DNA from: Gemmatimonadota bacterium
GTDB lineage: Bacteria > Gemmatimonadota > Gemmatimonadetes > Palauibacterales > Palauibacteraceae
DNA length: 47,276 bases
Direction: 5' to 3'
NCBI GenBank assembly: GCA_041612005.1
Contig: JBFILW010000001.1
Coordinates: 1 to 47,276 of the forward strand
The notes under the pieces were generated by a model. It was given only the letters and a program-made list of their open reading frames with translations, made no database searches and was not told the origin of the DNA. Shown one piece after another: positions 9,314-17,544 of the stretch (its first letter is position 1; each line of letters opens with the position of its first letter). A program made the position numbers and the translations under genes.

Positions 9314-10266
9314 TACACCGCCTCGGCGGCGCCCAGCTCGAGTACCTGCTCGCGGGCGTGGTAACTGCTGCGGACGAGGGGACCGCTCTCCACGTGGCGA
9401 AAGCCGATCCGCTCCCCGTAGCGCTTCCACTCGTCAAACTCCTCGGGGGACACGTACCGGTCAATCGGCAGGTGGTCGAGGGAAGGCCTCAGATACTGCC
9501 CGATGGTAAGGATGTGAACACCGGCGGCACGGGCGTCGTGCATGAACTCACGGACGTCGTCCGCCTGCTCTCCCAGGCCCAGCATGATACCGGTCTTGAT
9601 GAGCACTTCCGCGTCGAGCTCCCCGCCCAGCCGGAGCACGTCGAGCGATCGCTTGTAGCGCCCCCCAGGGCGCGCGGTGCGGTGGAGCCGCCGGACGGTC
9701 TCCATGTTGTGGTTGAAGATGTCCGGCCTCGCCTCGATCACCGTGGCAACCGCCTCCACATCGCCACGAAAGTCGGGGGTTAGCACCTCGATTGAGCAGT
9801 CTGGCCGACGGTTGCGCACCTCGGTGATCGTGTCGGCGAAGATCTTCGCCCCTCCATCCGGGAGGTCGTCGCGGTCGACGGAGGTGATCACGACATGTGA
9901 GAGGGCGAGCTTCTCGATCGCCTCAGCGACCCGGCGCGGCTCGTCTTCATCCAGCTCCTCCGGGCGGCCGTGGGCGATCGCGCAGTAGGGGCAGTTGCGG
10001 GTACAGACGTCCCCCATGATCAGAAAGGTGGCCGTGCCGGAGTCCCAGCATTCGCCGATGTTGGGACAGTGTGCTTCCTCGCACACGGAGTGGAGGCCCA
10101 TTTCTCGCATCAACACCTTCAGGCGGCGGTAGTTGCCGCCGCCCGGCGCACGCACCTTGAGCCAGCGCGGCTTCCGGTCTGGCCACGGAGTGGCTGTCGA
10201 ACCGCACGCGCCGTTCACTGGCGTCGGTTGCCCGTTCGAGTGCAGGATCGTGAGTTGTCGCATCAT
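9313..10266 (-). CDS. lipA: lipoyl synthase (radical SAM)
   Basis: 317 aa. CEEAHCPNIGEC auxiliary-cluster motif and CTRNCPYC radical-SAM motif. Confidence 0.92.
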   Translation of the reverse strand: MMRQLTILHSNGQPTPVNGACGSTATPWPDRKPRWLKVRAPGGGNYRRLKVLMREMGLHSVCEEAHCPNIGECWDSGTATFLIMGDVCTRNCPYCAIAHGRPEELDEDEPRRVAEAIEKLALSHVVITSVDRDDLPDGGAKIFADTITEVRNRRPDCSIEVLTPDFRGDVEAVATVIEARPDIFNHNMETVRRLHRTARPGGRYKRSLDVLRLGGELDAEVLIKTGIMLGLGEQADDVREFMHDARAAGVHILTIGQYLRPSLDHLPIDRYVSPEEFDEWKRYGERIGFRHVESGPLVRSSYHAREQVLELGAAEAV

Positions 10267-10478
10267 CCTAGCAGGTCGCTGAAGAACCCCGGGAGTGCCG
10301 CAAACCGGTCTGGCCGCAAGCTTTAAAACATACCGGGTGCTTCATCGCGAGTCCATAACGCGGGGCCCGCAATCTCGTTGCCGGCGACGAAGGGCAGGCT
10401 TATCTTTTGCACTCGTCTACACTTGAAGTTCTCTGGCACACAGGAACACAGAGCACAGCGAGGGAGTAACGATCCCAT

Positions 10479-10727
10479 ATGCCGTACATCATCGCGCAAC
10501 CCTGCATCGACACCAAGGACGCATCTTGCGTGGACGTGTGTCCTGTTGACTGCATTTACGAGGGCGAGGACCAGTACTACATCCATCCGGAGGAGTGCAT
10601 CGACTGCGGGGCTTGCGTGCCTGAGTGCCCGGTAGAGGCGATTTTCCCGGACGACGAAGTGCCGGATGCTTGGAAAGAGTACATTGCCAAGAACTACGAG
10701 CGCTTCGAAGTGCCCCTCCCCTCCTGA
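10479..10727 (+). CDS. fdxA: 7Fe-type ferredoxin (3Fe-4S + 4Fe-4S)
   Basis: 82 aa. [26 protein letters not shown] and [12 protein letters not shown] cysteine motifs. Confidence 0.85.
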   Translation: MPYIIAQPCIDTKDASCVDVCPVDCIYEGEDQYYIHPEECIDCGACVPECPVEAIFPDDEVPDAWKEYIAKNYERFEVPLPS

Positions 10728-10750
10728 GCCAGCGGCGGTCGGAGGAGCTG

Positions 10751-11008
10751 TTGGAACGAATCATCGACATCGACGGCTCGGAATGGTGCGTGCGCGCGGT
10801 GGGCGTCGACGCGAGGCACGAGGGCGCCGACCTCTGGCACCTGGCCCGCGTTCGTTTCGAGCCCCGAGGAGCGCTCGGCGCGGCCCGCGAGACATGGCTG
10901 CGGATGGAGGAAGACGTGCCGGCTATCGACGTCCTGGACCAGTACTTAGACGCGCAGCTGCTGGAGGCCTACCTGATCGCGGAGGAAGTGTTGGAGGAGG
11001 GGCCATAG
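10751..11008 (+). CDS. hypothetical acidic small protein (start uncertain)
   Basis: This is the 3' portion of track ORF 10625-11008 that lies beyond the ferredoxin stop. A TTG at 10751 follows GGAGGAG (10741-10747), but the spacer is only 3 nt. A GTG at 10790 is the alternative start. No recognisable motifs. Confidence 0.3.
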   Translation: MERIIDIDGSEWCVRAVGVDARHEGADLWHLARVRFEPRGALGAARETWLRMEEDVPAIDVLDQYLDAQLLEAYLIAEEVLEEGP

Positions 11009-11159
11009 GCGGGAGGGACAGGCGGTTCCGGTGGATAACATCGGACTTTCCCACGCCTGGACCGGGCGGCTCTCCGGTTTTCCACACTTGAAGCCCGAAT
11101 AAAAACCGTATACCTGACGGACTTCACGGCAATCTGAGCACGCGAGAGGACATAGAGAC

Positions 11160-12413
11160 ATGCATAGGAATTCAGGACTCGGGGGTGGGGCCGGACTAAC
11201 TCTAACAGCGTTCATGGCGCTGATCGCGGGAGCCCTTGCGGTGCCGCCGGGCGCAACGGCTCAGGAACGCGATGCCGCAGCTCTGGCGGCGCCGGAGCTT
11301 CCCTTCGGCAGCACCGCCTTCGTCTCGGTCGAGGACAACGGATCGGAGGACTACTTCGAGGTGGTGGTCGGTCCGGTCGCGCTCCCCGAAGGTGGGGCGC
11401 ATGTGCGCCTGCCGATCCAGATGATCGACATCCCCGTGGACGGCTGGTTGCACGGATTCGAGATCGTCATGACGGACGGCGAGGGCAACGAACTTCCGTC
11501 CCGTCTGCTCCACCACATCAATTTCATCGATCCCAACCACCGCGAGCTCTTCGCTTCGATCCCCCGGCGGATCATGGCGGCCGGACAGGAGACGAGCAGC
11601 GAATCCATGCCCTGGTTTCTCGGCTACCCGGTGGACGCGGACCAGCCGATCATCGTGAGCGCCATGTTCGGCAACGAGTTTGCCGCCGACTACCCGGAGG
11701 TCTACGCCCGGGTGCGCTTCGACTACAGTCAGGAGGGTGAAGGCCTGTTCGATCCATGGTTCGACGTCTACCCGTTCTACATGGATGTGATGGGACCCGT
11801 CGGGCTGAAGGACTTCCCCCTGCCTCCCGGCAAATCGAAGCAGTCATGGGAGGGCGCTCCGGCGGTCGACGGAAGAATGCTGGCCGTGGGCGGGCACGTG
11901 CACGATTACGCGGACGAGATCCGCCTGGAGGACGTGACGACCGGCAAAGTCGTGTGGCGGGCGGAACCAATCGTCAGCGAGAGCGGACAGACAGTCGGAT
12001 TGCCCGTTTCCAAGATGTGGTGGAAGCTTGGCGTCAAGCTGCAGGCGGACCACACGTACCGGATCGTGGTCGAGTACACGAACCCGACCGGCGAGACGAT
12101 CGCCGGTGGCGGGATGGGCGCGATCGGCGGCGTCGCGTGGGTCTCACGCAAAACCGAATGGCCGGCTCTGGACAAAACGAATGCGGAATACGTAGCGGAT
12201 CTCACCAACACGCTCGAGGCGCCGGTGAAGCTGGCGCATGGGCACGGGCACGGCGGAGATGACGCGACAATGAAGATGGACGGGATGGACATGGGCGAGC
12301 CCTTGGGTGCGGCAGAGACCGCCGCCGATGAACACGGTGATCATAGCGAGCACATGAGCCCGGCCAGCGATAAGGCCGAGACGTCCAGCGCGCACGAGCA
12401 CTCGAGCTCGTAG
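11160..12413 (+). CDS. secreted protein with His/Met/Asp-rich C-terminal tail; possible copper-binding beta-sandwich protein
   Basis: 417 aa. Signal-like N-terminus LTAFMALIAGALAVPPGATAQE. Internal LLHHINF and GGHVHDY motifs. Tail: KLAHGHGHGGDDATMKMDGMDMGE...DEHGDHSEHM...SAHEHSSS. Confidence 0.7.
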   Translation: MHRNSGLGGGAGLTLTAFMALIAGALAVPPGATAQERDAAALAAPELPFGSTAFVSVEDNGSEDYFEVVVGPVALPEGGAHVRLPIQMIDIPVDGWLHGFEIVMTDGEGNELPSRLLHHINFIDPNHRELFASIPRRIMAAGQETSSESMPWFLGYPVDADQPIIVSAMFGNEFAADYPEVYARVRFDYSQEGEGLFDPWFDVYPFYMDVMGPVGLKDFPLPPGKSKQSWEGAPAVDGRMLAVGGHVHDYADEIRLEDVTTGKVVWRAEPIVSESGQTVGLPVSKMWWKLGVKLQADHTYRIVVEYTNPTGETIAGGGMGAIGGVAWVSRKTEWPALDKTNAEYVADLTNTLEAPVKLAHGHGHGGDDATMKMDGMDMGEPLGAAETAADEHGDHSEHMSPASDKAETSSAHEHSSS

Positions 12414-12471
12414 CGTCCCTACAAGCTGATCGGAGTCACGGCGGCCTGCGGGGAACCAGCCGGGCCGCCAC

Positions 12472-13347
12472 GTGACCTGGCTGATCCTCGCCGCCGGATC
12501 AGCGTTCTTCTACGCCCTCCAGGGGGTGTGGACTAAGCGAATTTCGGAGCGGGTGCCGCTCATCGCGGCCACCTGGGCCATTTTCCTTTTCTCCTTCCCG
12601 CTCATCGGGGTCGCCATGCTGGTGGAGGGCGTCCCGGCCGTGGGTCCGCGGTTCCTGCCAGCTGTGCTGACCACCACGGTGCTGTCGGTGGTCTCCTTCT
12701 CCCTTTATGTCTCGGCCATTCACCGTAGCGACATCGGACTCACATACCCGCTGCTTGCACTCACCCCCGTGCTACTTGTGCCGGTTGAGTGGGTGTTGCT
12801 CGGCGACGTGCCGGGATGGGGCGGGCTGGCTGGTATCGCACTGGCCGTCGTCGGCGTGTATCTGCTCAATTACGGCCGCCGGGAAGGCGGCCTACTGGAG
12901 CCCCTGCGAGCGATCGCGCGGGACTCCGGTGCGCGGCGGATGCTGGCCGTGGCCATGCTGTGGGGGGTCGGCGCGGCGCTCGACCGGGTAGCGGTCCTCG
13001 ACTCATCGCCGCTCTTCTACGGGACCGTGCTCACGGGGCTGACCAGCCTCGCGTTCCTTCCGATCGTGCTGCTGCGAGGCGATGGGTTGGCGGCTGCGCT
13101 ACGACCCGGTATCCGGTGGGCGCTCGCGGTTCAGGGAGGCCTTTTTGCGGCCATGTTCGTGTTCCAGATGGCGGCGATCGACCTCACCCTCGCCTCTTAC
13201 GTGGTCTCCGTGAAGCGGAGCGGCGCGATCATCACCGTGATCTTGGGGGCACTTCTGTTTCAAGAGAAGGGCACGCGATACCGGCTGGCCGGCACGGGGG
13301 TGATCCTGCTCGGCGTGTTCCTGATCGCGCTCAGTTCGGGAAGCTGA
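12472..13347 (+). CDS. EamA/DMT-family transporter
   Basis: 291 aa with a GTG start and about 10 hydrophobic helices in two halves. N-terminus ILAAGSAFFYALQGVWTK is typical of the EamA family. Confidence 0.8.
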   Translation: MTWLILAAGSAFFYALQGVWTKRISERVPLIAATWAIFLFSFPLIGVAMLVEGVPAVGPRFLPAVLTTTVLSVVSFSLYVSAIHRSDIGLTYPLLALTPVLLVPVEWVLLGDVPGWGGLAGIALAVVGVYLLNYGRREGGLLEPLRAIARDSGARRMLAVAMLWGVGAALDRVAVLDSSPLFYGTVLTGLTSLAFLPIVLLRGDGLAAALRPGIRWALAVQGGLFAAMFVFQMAAIDLTLASYVVSVKRSGAIITVILGALLFQEKGTRYRLAGTGVILLGVFLIALSSGS

Positions 13348-13353
13348 CGTTGG

Positions 13354-14022
13354 TTAGGACGGCCAACGCGTCTGGAAGCCGGCCATGAGCGCCTCCGGAT
13401 CCTTTCCGCGCCGGCGCAGCGGCTCGAGCGCTTCTTCCGCTCCGGCATCGTCTCCACGCTCTCTCCGCACAGTCGCGAGCAGGAGGCGGGCGGGCAGGTA
13501 GCCGGAGTGCAGCGCCAGGGCGCGCTCTGCCTCGGATTCAGCTCTCGGAGCGTCACCGGCGAGGCGCGCGGTCATGGCGAGACCATAGTGGGCCTGCACG
13601 TATCCCGGATCGACCGCGAGGGCCTGCTCGAAGCGTTCCCGCGCCGTCTCGAGGTCCGTCCCTCCACCGCTCGGCGAAGTGAGCTCCGCGACGCCGAGAT
13701 TGCTGAGTGCCGCGGCCCGGTACGGGTAACGCTTTCCGAGGTTGAAGAGCGGCTGGATGCGGTCGAAGCGCTCAGCTTCCTTGATACCGTCGAGAAACGC
13801 CTCGAGTTCTGCAGTGCCAGCAGACAAGTCGCCGCGCTGAATCGCGCGCACACCTTTGCGAAAGCGGCGCGTGCGCCATCTCCACCACCGACCCGGCGCG
13901 AAAAGGAGCGCGACCACACCGATCACGATAAGCGGACCGGGACGCAGGAGCGCGAAGAGCAGCACGAGGCCGACCGCGCCGAGTATGAGAAGAGCCCCGA
14001 CGGGAAGCGGGGCCCACTTCAT
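13354..14022 (-). CDS. membrane-anchored TPR-repeat protein
   Basis: 222 aa. Two N-terminal TM helices, then TPR-like repeats (ARERFEQALAVDPGYVQAHYGLAM..., AESEAERALALHSGYLPARLLLA). Confidence 0.7.
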   Translation of the reverse strand: MKWAPLPVGALLILGAVGLVLLFALLRPGPLIVIGVVALLFAPGRWWRWRTRRFRKGVRAIQRGDLSAGTAELEAFLDGIKEAERFDRIQPLFNLGKRYPYRAAALSNLGVAELTSPSGGGTDLETARERFEQALAVDPGYVQAHYGLAMTARLAGDAPRAESEAERALALHSGYLPARLLLATVRRERGDDAGAEEALEPLRRRGKDPEALMAGFQTRWPS

Positions 14023-14046
14023 GCGGCGGCCGATGTCAGCAGGCGG

Positions 14047-15645
14047 TCACCCGGAGCGTCCCGTGTTGAGGACGTTGATCTGATTGAAGCGCGCCACCGG
14101 ACACCCGTGTGATACGGGGTTTGACTGTCCGGGCTGGCCCTTACCGTCGTAGAAGCTGCCGTACGTCATGTAGGTCGAGGGTCCGCCGATCATGTCCATC
14201 GAATTCCAGAAATCCTCGGTGGTCGCCTGATAGGCGACGTCACGCAGCATTCTGGTCTTCCTGCCGCCCTTCACTTCCCACACGACCTGTCCGCTGAACT
14301 GGAAGTTGTAGCGCTGCTGGTCGATCGAGTACGAGCTGCGGCCCTCCATGTAGAGCCCGTCGTCGGTGGCGGCGATCACGTCGTCCACCGAGAGATCCTC
14401 CTCGCCGGGGAGCAGGTTCATGTTCGGCATGCGCTGGAATGGGATGCTGGACCAGCTGTCCGAGTGCGCACAGCCGTGGCTGTGCTTCACTCCTGTGTAC
14501 TCGGAAATCCAGTCGACCTGTTCGCGCGTCGTCTGGTAGTCCACGAAGATCCCGTCCTTGATCATCATCCACTCGTCGGCCTTCACGCCTTCGGCGTCCC
14601 AGCCCACGGAGGCCAGTCCGCCGGGCGCCGTCCGCTCGGCTTCGAGCTGCATGAAATCGGGTCCGTAGCGGAATTGGTTGAGCACCTTCGAGGGTGGGGC
14701 GAGGAAACTGGTGCCTGCATAGTTGGCCTCATACCCCTCGGCCCGGTCCAGCTCGGTCGGGTGGCCGATCGATTCGTGAATCGTGAGCCACAGGTGCGTC
14801 GGGTGAAGAATCAGATTGTGCTTGCCGGGCTCGACGCCGGCGGCGCTGAGCTTCTGGGCCGCTTCCGCCGCCCACTGCTCCACCTTCTCCGGGGTGATCT
14901 CTTGCAGCACGTACTCGTAGCCACGCGCGGCCGGGTAGGTGACCCAGTTTCGTGACTGGAAATCGCTCCGATCGTCGGAGATCGCGGTGATCGACATGCC
15001 CGGGTTGTTCCGGATCAGCGTCTGCGTGGCCACCGTCCCATCGGTGGTGGCGATCGTCTTCTCGACTTTCACGAAGTGGTGGCTCGAGGAGACGAAGCGG
15101 ACGTGGTCCGCCTCCATCGCGATGCGGTTCATCTCCAGCATCCGATCGACCTTCTCGCCGATGGGGACGTCCCACGGATCGATCTCGTAGTCGCTCGTCC
15201 AGGTGACATCGCCGTACGACTCGACCGGCGCCAACCGGACGGCGGATCGCTCGACAGCCGCGTTGGCCTTGCCGATCGCGGCTGCCTCTCGGCCCGCGCG
15301 CGCGGCGGCTTCTTTGGTGAGCTCGGGAGTGGCGGCGAAGCCCCAGCTTCCGTTCACGAGCGCCCGGACGCCGAGGCCCAGCGACGAGCTCTCATCGACG
15401 TTGGTGATCTGCTGCTCGCGCGTCCCGATTCTCTGGTTGCGGTAAAGTCCGACCTTGCCGTCGGCATACTGCGCTCCGGCCGCGCTGGCCGCGTCGAGCG
15501 CTTCCAGCAGAAGCTCCTTGGCGGAGGCGTCAATCTCGGGTGGGGACGCAAGCCTGGAGCCCAAGGAGCGGCCCACGATCGGCCGCGCGATCGCCACGCC
15601 TCCGGCCGCCAGGGCCGTGCTCTTCACGAATTCACGCCGTTCCAT
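14047..15645 (-). CDS. tldD: TldD-family metallopeptidase with twin-arginine signal
   Basis: 532 aa. N-terminal MERREFVKSTALAAGGVAIA (Tat-like RREFVK) and the TldD zinc motif HESIGHPTELDR (HExxxH). Confidence 0.85.
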   Translation of the reverse strand: MERREFVKSTALAAGGVAIARPIVGRSLGSRLASPPEIDASAKELLLEALDAASAAGAQYADGKVGLYRNQRIGTREQQITNVDESSSLGLGVRALVNGSWGFAATPELTKEAAARAGREAAAIGKANAAVERSAVRLAPVESYGDVTWTSDYEIDPWDVPIGEKVDRMLEMNRIAMEADHVRFVSSSHHFVKVEKTIATTDGTVATQTLIRNNPGMSITAISDDRSDFQSRNWVTYPAARGYEYVLQEITPEKVEQWAAEAAQKLSAAGVEPGKHNLILHPTHLWLTIHESIGHPTELDRAEGYEANYAGTSFLAPPSKVLNQFRYGPDFMQLEAERTAPGGLASVGWDAEGVKADEWMMIKDGIFVDYQTTREQVDWISEYTGVKHSHGCAHSDSWSSIPFQRMPNMNLLPGEEDLSVDDVIAATDDGLYMEGRSSYSIDQQRYNFQFSGQVVWEVKGGRKTRMLRDVAYQATTEDFWNSMDMIGGPSTYMTYGSFYDGKGQPGQSNPVSHGCPVARFNQINVLNTGRSG

Positions 15646-15646
15646 G

Positions 15647-17026
15647 TTAGACCGCCTCCGAAACGCTGCTGAAGGTGAACTCCGACACCCGGACCGCCGG
15701 GACCTCGCGGTCGGTCCGCACGCGCACCGGCCGGCTCATCGCCTCGAGCTTCGAGAGGGCGAACAGGGGGGAGTCGTTCCAGCGGAAGTTGTTGACCGGA
15801 TGCGCGATGCGTCCGTCCTCGATCAGGAAGTTGCCGTCGCGCGTCAGTCCCGTGTACAGGATGGTCCGCGGGTCGATCGAACGGATGTACCACAGCCGTG
15901 TGACCAGCACGCCCCTGCGGGTGCCTCTGATCAAGTCTTCGAGCGAGTTTTCCTCGCCACTCATGCGGAGCGAGCCCGGGAAACCGGTCGGTTGCGCGCC
16001 CTGCTTTTCGGCCCAGAAGCGGGTGTAGTAGAGGTTCTTGAGCACACCGCCCTCGACCCAGGTGATCGGCTCCAGGGGCATCCCGTCACCCGCCCACGGC
16101 GCCGAGCCCAATCCCTGTGGATCACTGCGCAGGGTGATGCGCGGGTCGATGATCTGCTCGCCGACCCGGGTGCCTCCGCCCTGTGCCGAGAAGGCGCTTC
16201 GACCCTCATCCGCCCGGCGGGCGTCGAGCGATCCCGCCAGCAATCCGATCAGATCGGCCACGGCCGCCGGCTCGAGCACCACCGTGTAGGTGCCGGGGTC
16301 CAACGGGCGCGGGTCTCGGGACATGGTGGACTTGTCGACGGCCGTGCGGTTGAGCGCCTCGTAATCGACCGTACTCCAGTCCCGTGCGCCCCGAGCAGCC
16401 CAGCCGGACCCGGTTCCGTCGTCCGTCCGCACCGTGAGCGAATAGTCGAGGCTCGTGGCAGGCTCGTATGCGAACAGGCCGGAGCTGTTGGCGAGAGCGG
16501 AGGAACCGGCCGAGCACTGGAGGAAGCCGGCCGCTTTGAGGGCACCGGTATCCTTGGCGAGCCGGATTGCCGACGCCGCGACCTCGCCTCGGAGGGCGGC
16601 GTCGAGGTCCGCGGTGGAATCGTAGTAGCCTTCGCTCGGCATGTACTCCTGGGGACCGAGGAGTGGCATGAGCTCCGGGTCCTCGGGCGCCAGACGCGCG
16701 AGCTCCGCGGCGCCGGCGACTGCCTCGGCCAACGAGGCATCATCGAGGCGATTCGTGGTGGCCGACGCCGACTGTCTTCCGAAACGGGCCGTGACCGTCG
16801 CGGATACGTTGTCCAATGTACCGGCCGTTGTAATGCGGTTGACCGCGAAACGCGTGTTGCCCCTCCAGCCGCTTCCGATGCTTACGAGCGTTTCGTCCGC
16901 GGCACTCATCTCGAGGATGTGCGCCGAAAGCGCTTCCGCCTCCTCGCGCGAGAGTCCCTTCGGGCTGGCTGTCGGGGGGCCGTGTCTGCCGGGAGTAAGG
17001 GTCTGGAACAGCTCTCTCCGTTTCAC
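15647..17026 (-). CDS. pmbA: PmbA/TldE-family protein with Tat-like N-terminus
   Basis: 459 aa. Begins MKRRELFQTL. Its stop lies 1 nt before the tldD start. Family-typical NRITTAG..., GLFAYE..., and FLIEDG near the C-terminus. Confidence 0.85.
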   Translation of the reverse strand: MKRRELFQTLTPGRHGPPTASPKGLSREEAEALSAHILEMSAADETLVSIGSGWRGNTRFAVNRITTAGTLDNVSATVTARFGRQSASATTNRLDDASLAEAVAGAAELARLAPEDPELMPLLGPQEYMPSEGYYDSTADLDAALRGEVAASAIRLAKDTGALKAAGFLQCSAGSSALANSSGLFAYEPATSLDYSLTVRTDDGTGSGWAARGARDWSTVDYEALNRTAVDKSTMSRDPRPLDPGTYTVVLEPAAVADLIGLLAGSLDARRADEGRSAFSAQGGGTRVGEQIIDPRITLRSDPQGLGSAPWAGDGMPLEPITWVEGGVLKNLYYTRFWAEKQGAQPTGFPGSLRMSGEENSLEDLIRGTRRGVLVTRLWYIRSIDPRTILYTGLTRDGNFLIEDGRIAHPVNNFRWNDSPLFALSKLEAMSRPVRVRTDREVPAVRVSEFTFSSVSEAV

Positions 17027-17174
17027 GCCTCGTTCCTCGGTGCGAAGGTGTGGTGCAGGGCAAAGCCGGTTGGCCGAAACTCGGCGATCCTTGGCGGCCG
17101 CGCAAACGGATCGCGAGCTCCAGGGTCCGCTCGCGGACTGTCTGGCGCGCTCACGGACCCATAACGTGTCGCGC

Positions 17175-17477
17175 GTGATTAAATTTCACTATCACACCGC
17201 GGTCCGCGACGTCCCCCGCATGGGCGTGCTCAAAGGCGATCCGTTGTGCCACGTGTACAGTGACACGTCGATCGACGAACTGATCGAGTGGGGACGGGCA
17301 CAGGGCCTCAGGCCCGAGTGGATCGACCGCAAGCACGTTCTTCCGCACTACGATGCTCACGACGAGTGGCTGGAAGCGTGCGGCGAGGGAGTGACTCGAT
17401 CCGAGCTGGTGGCGGACATCCGCGCCTGGCGCGATCGCGGCAAGCGACGAGAGCAGCCGGACCGGGAGTCCGCCTAG
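17175..17477 (+). CDS. DUF4031-family protein (start uncertain)
   Basis: 3' part of track ORF 16641-17477, whose 5' part is antisense to pmbA. CHVYSDTSIDELIEWGRAQGLRPEWI...PHYDAHDEWLEACGEG resembles the DUF4031 pattern (W.HL.SD..EL..FA..LGL....HYD). Candidate starts are GTG 17166, GTG 17175 and ATG 17220. Confidence 0.6.
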   Translation: MIKFHYHTAVRDVPRMGVLKGDPLCHVYSDTSIDELIEWGRAQGLRPEWIDRKHVLPHYDAHDEWLEACGEGVTRSELVADIRAWRDRGKRREQPDRESA

Positions 17478-17486
17478 ATGCAAAGA

Positions 17487-17508
17487 AGGGGCGGCCAAGG
17501 CCGCCCCT
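17487..17508. terminator. GC-rich hairpin between convergent genes (probable intrinsic terminator)
   Basis: aggggcggcc-aa-ggccgcccct, a 9-10 bp stem. On the minus strand it is followed by tctttg, giving a U-rich tail for the 17545-18339 gene. It lies 10 nt after the DUF4031 stop. Confidence 0.5.
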
Positions 17509-17544
17509 CCATCGAATGCAGAACGGGATCTTGCCGGCTTACGG

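Noticed and set aside
9314-9430. N-terminal extensions of track ORFs: pdhA to 9430, oxidoreductase to 23801, Rieske-TPP to 35996, esterase to 36894, M28 to 32686, P460-like to 24505, NfuA to 30111
   Set aside because: The extensions overlap upstream genes or are Arg/Pro-rich. Internal starts have Shine-Dalgarno sequences and/or restore proper signal peptides or lipoboxes.
15455-17164. 569-aa plus-strand ORF
   Set aside because: It is antisense to the pmbA-like gene, which has clear family motifs. The translation is Arg/Gly/Ala/Pro-rich with no motifs, a typical high-GC shadow ORF.
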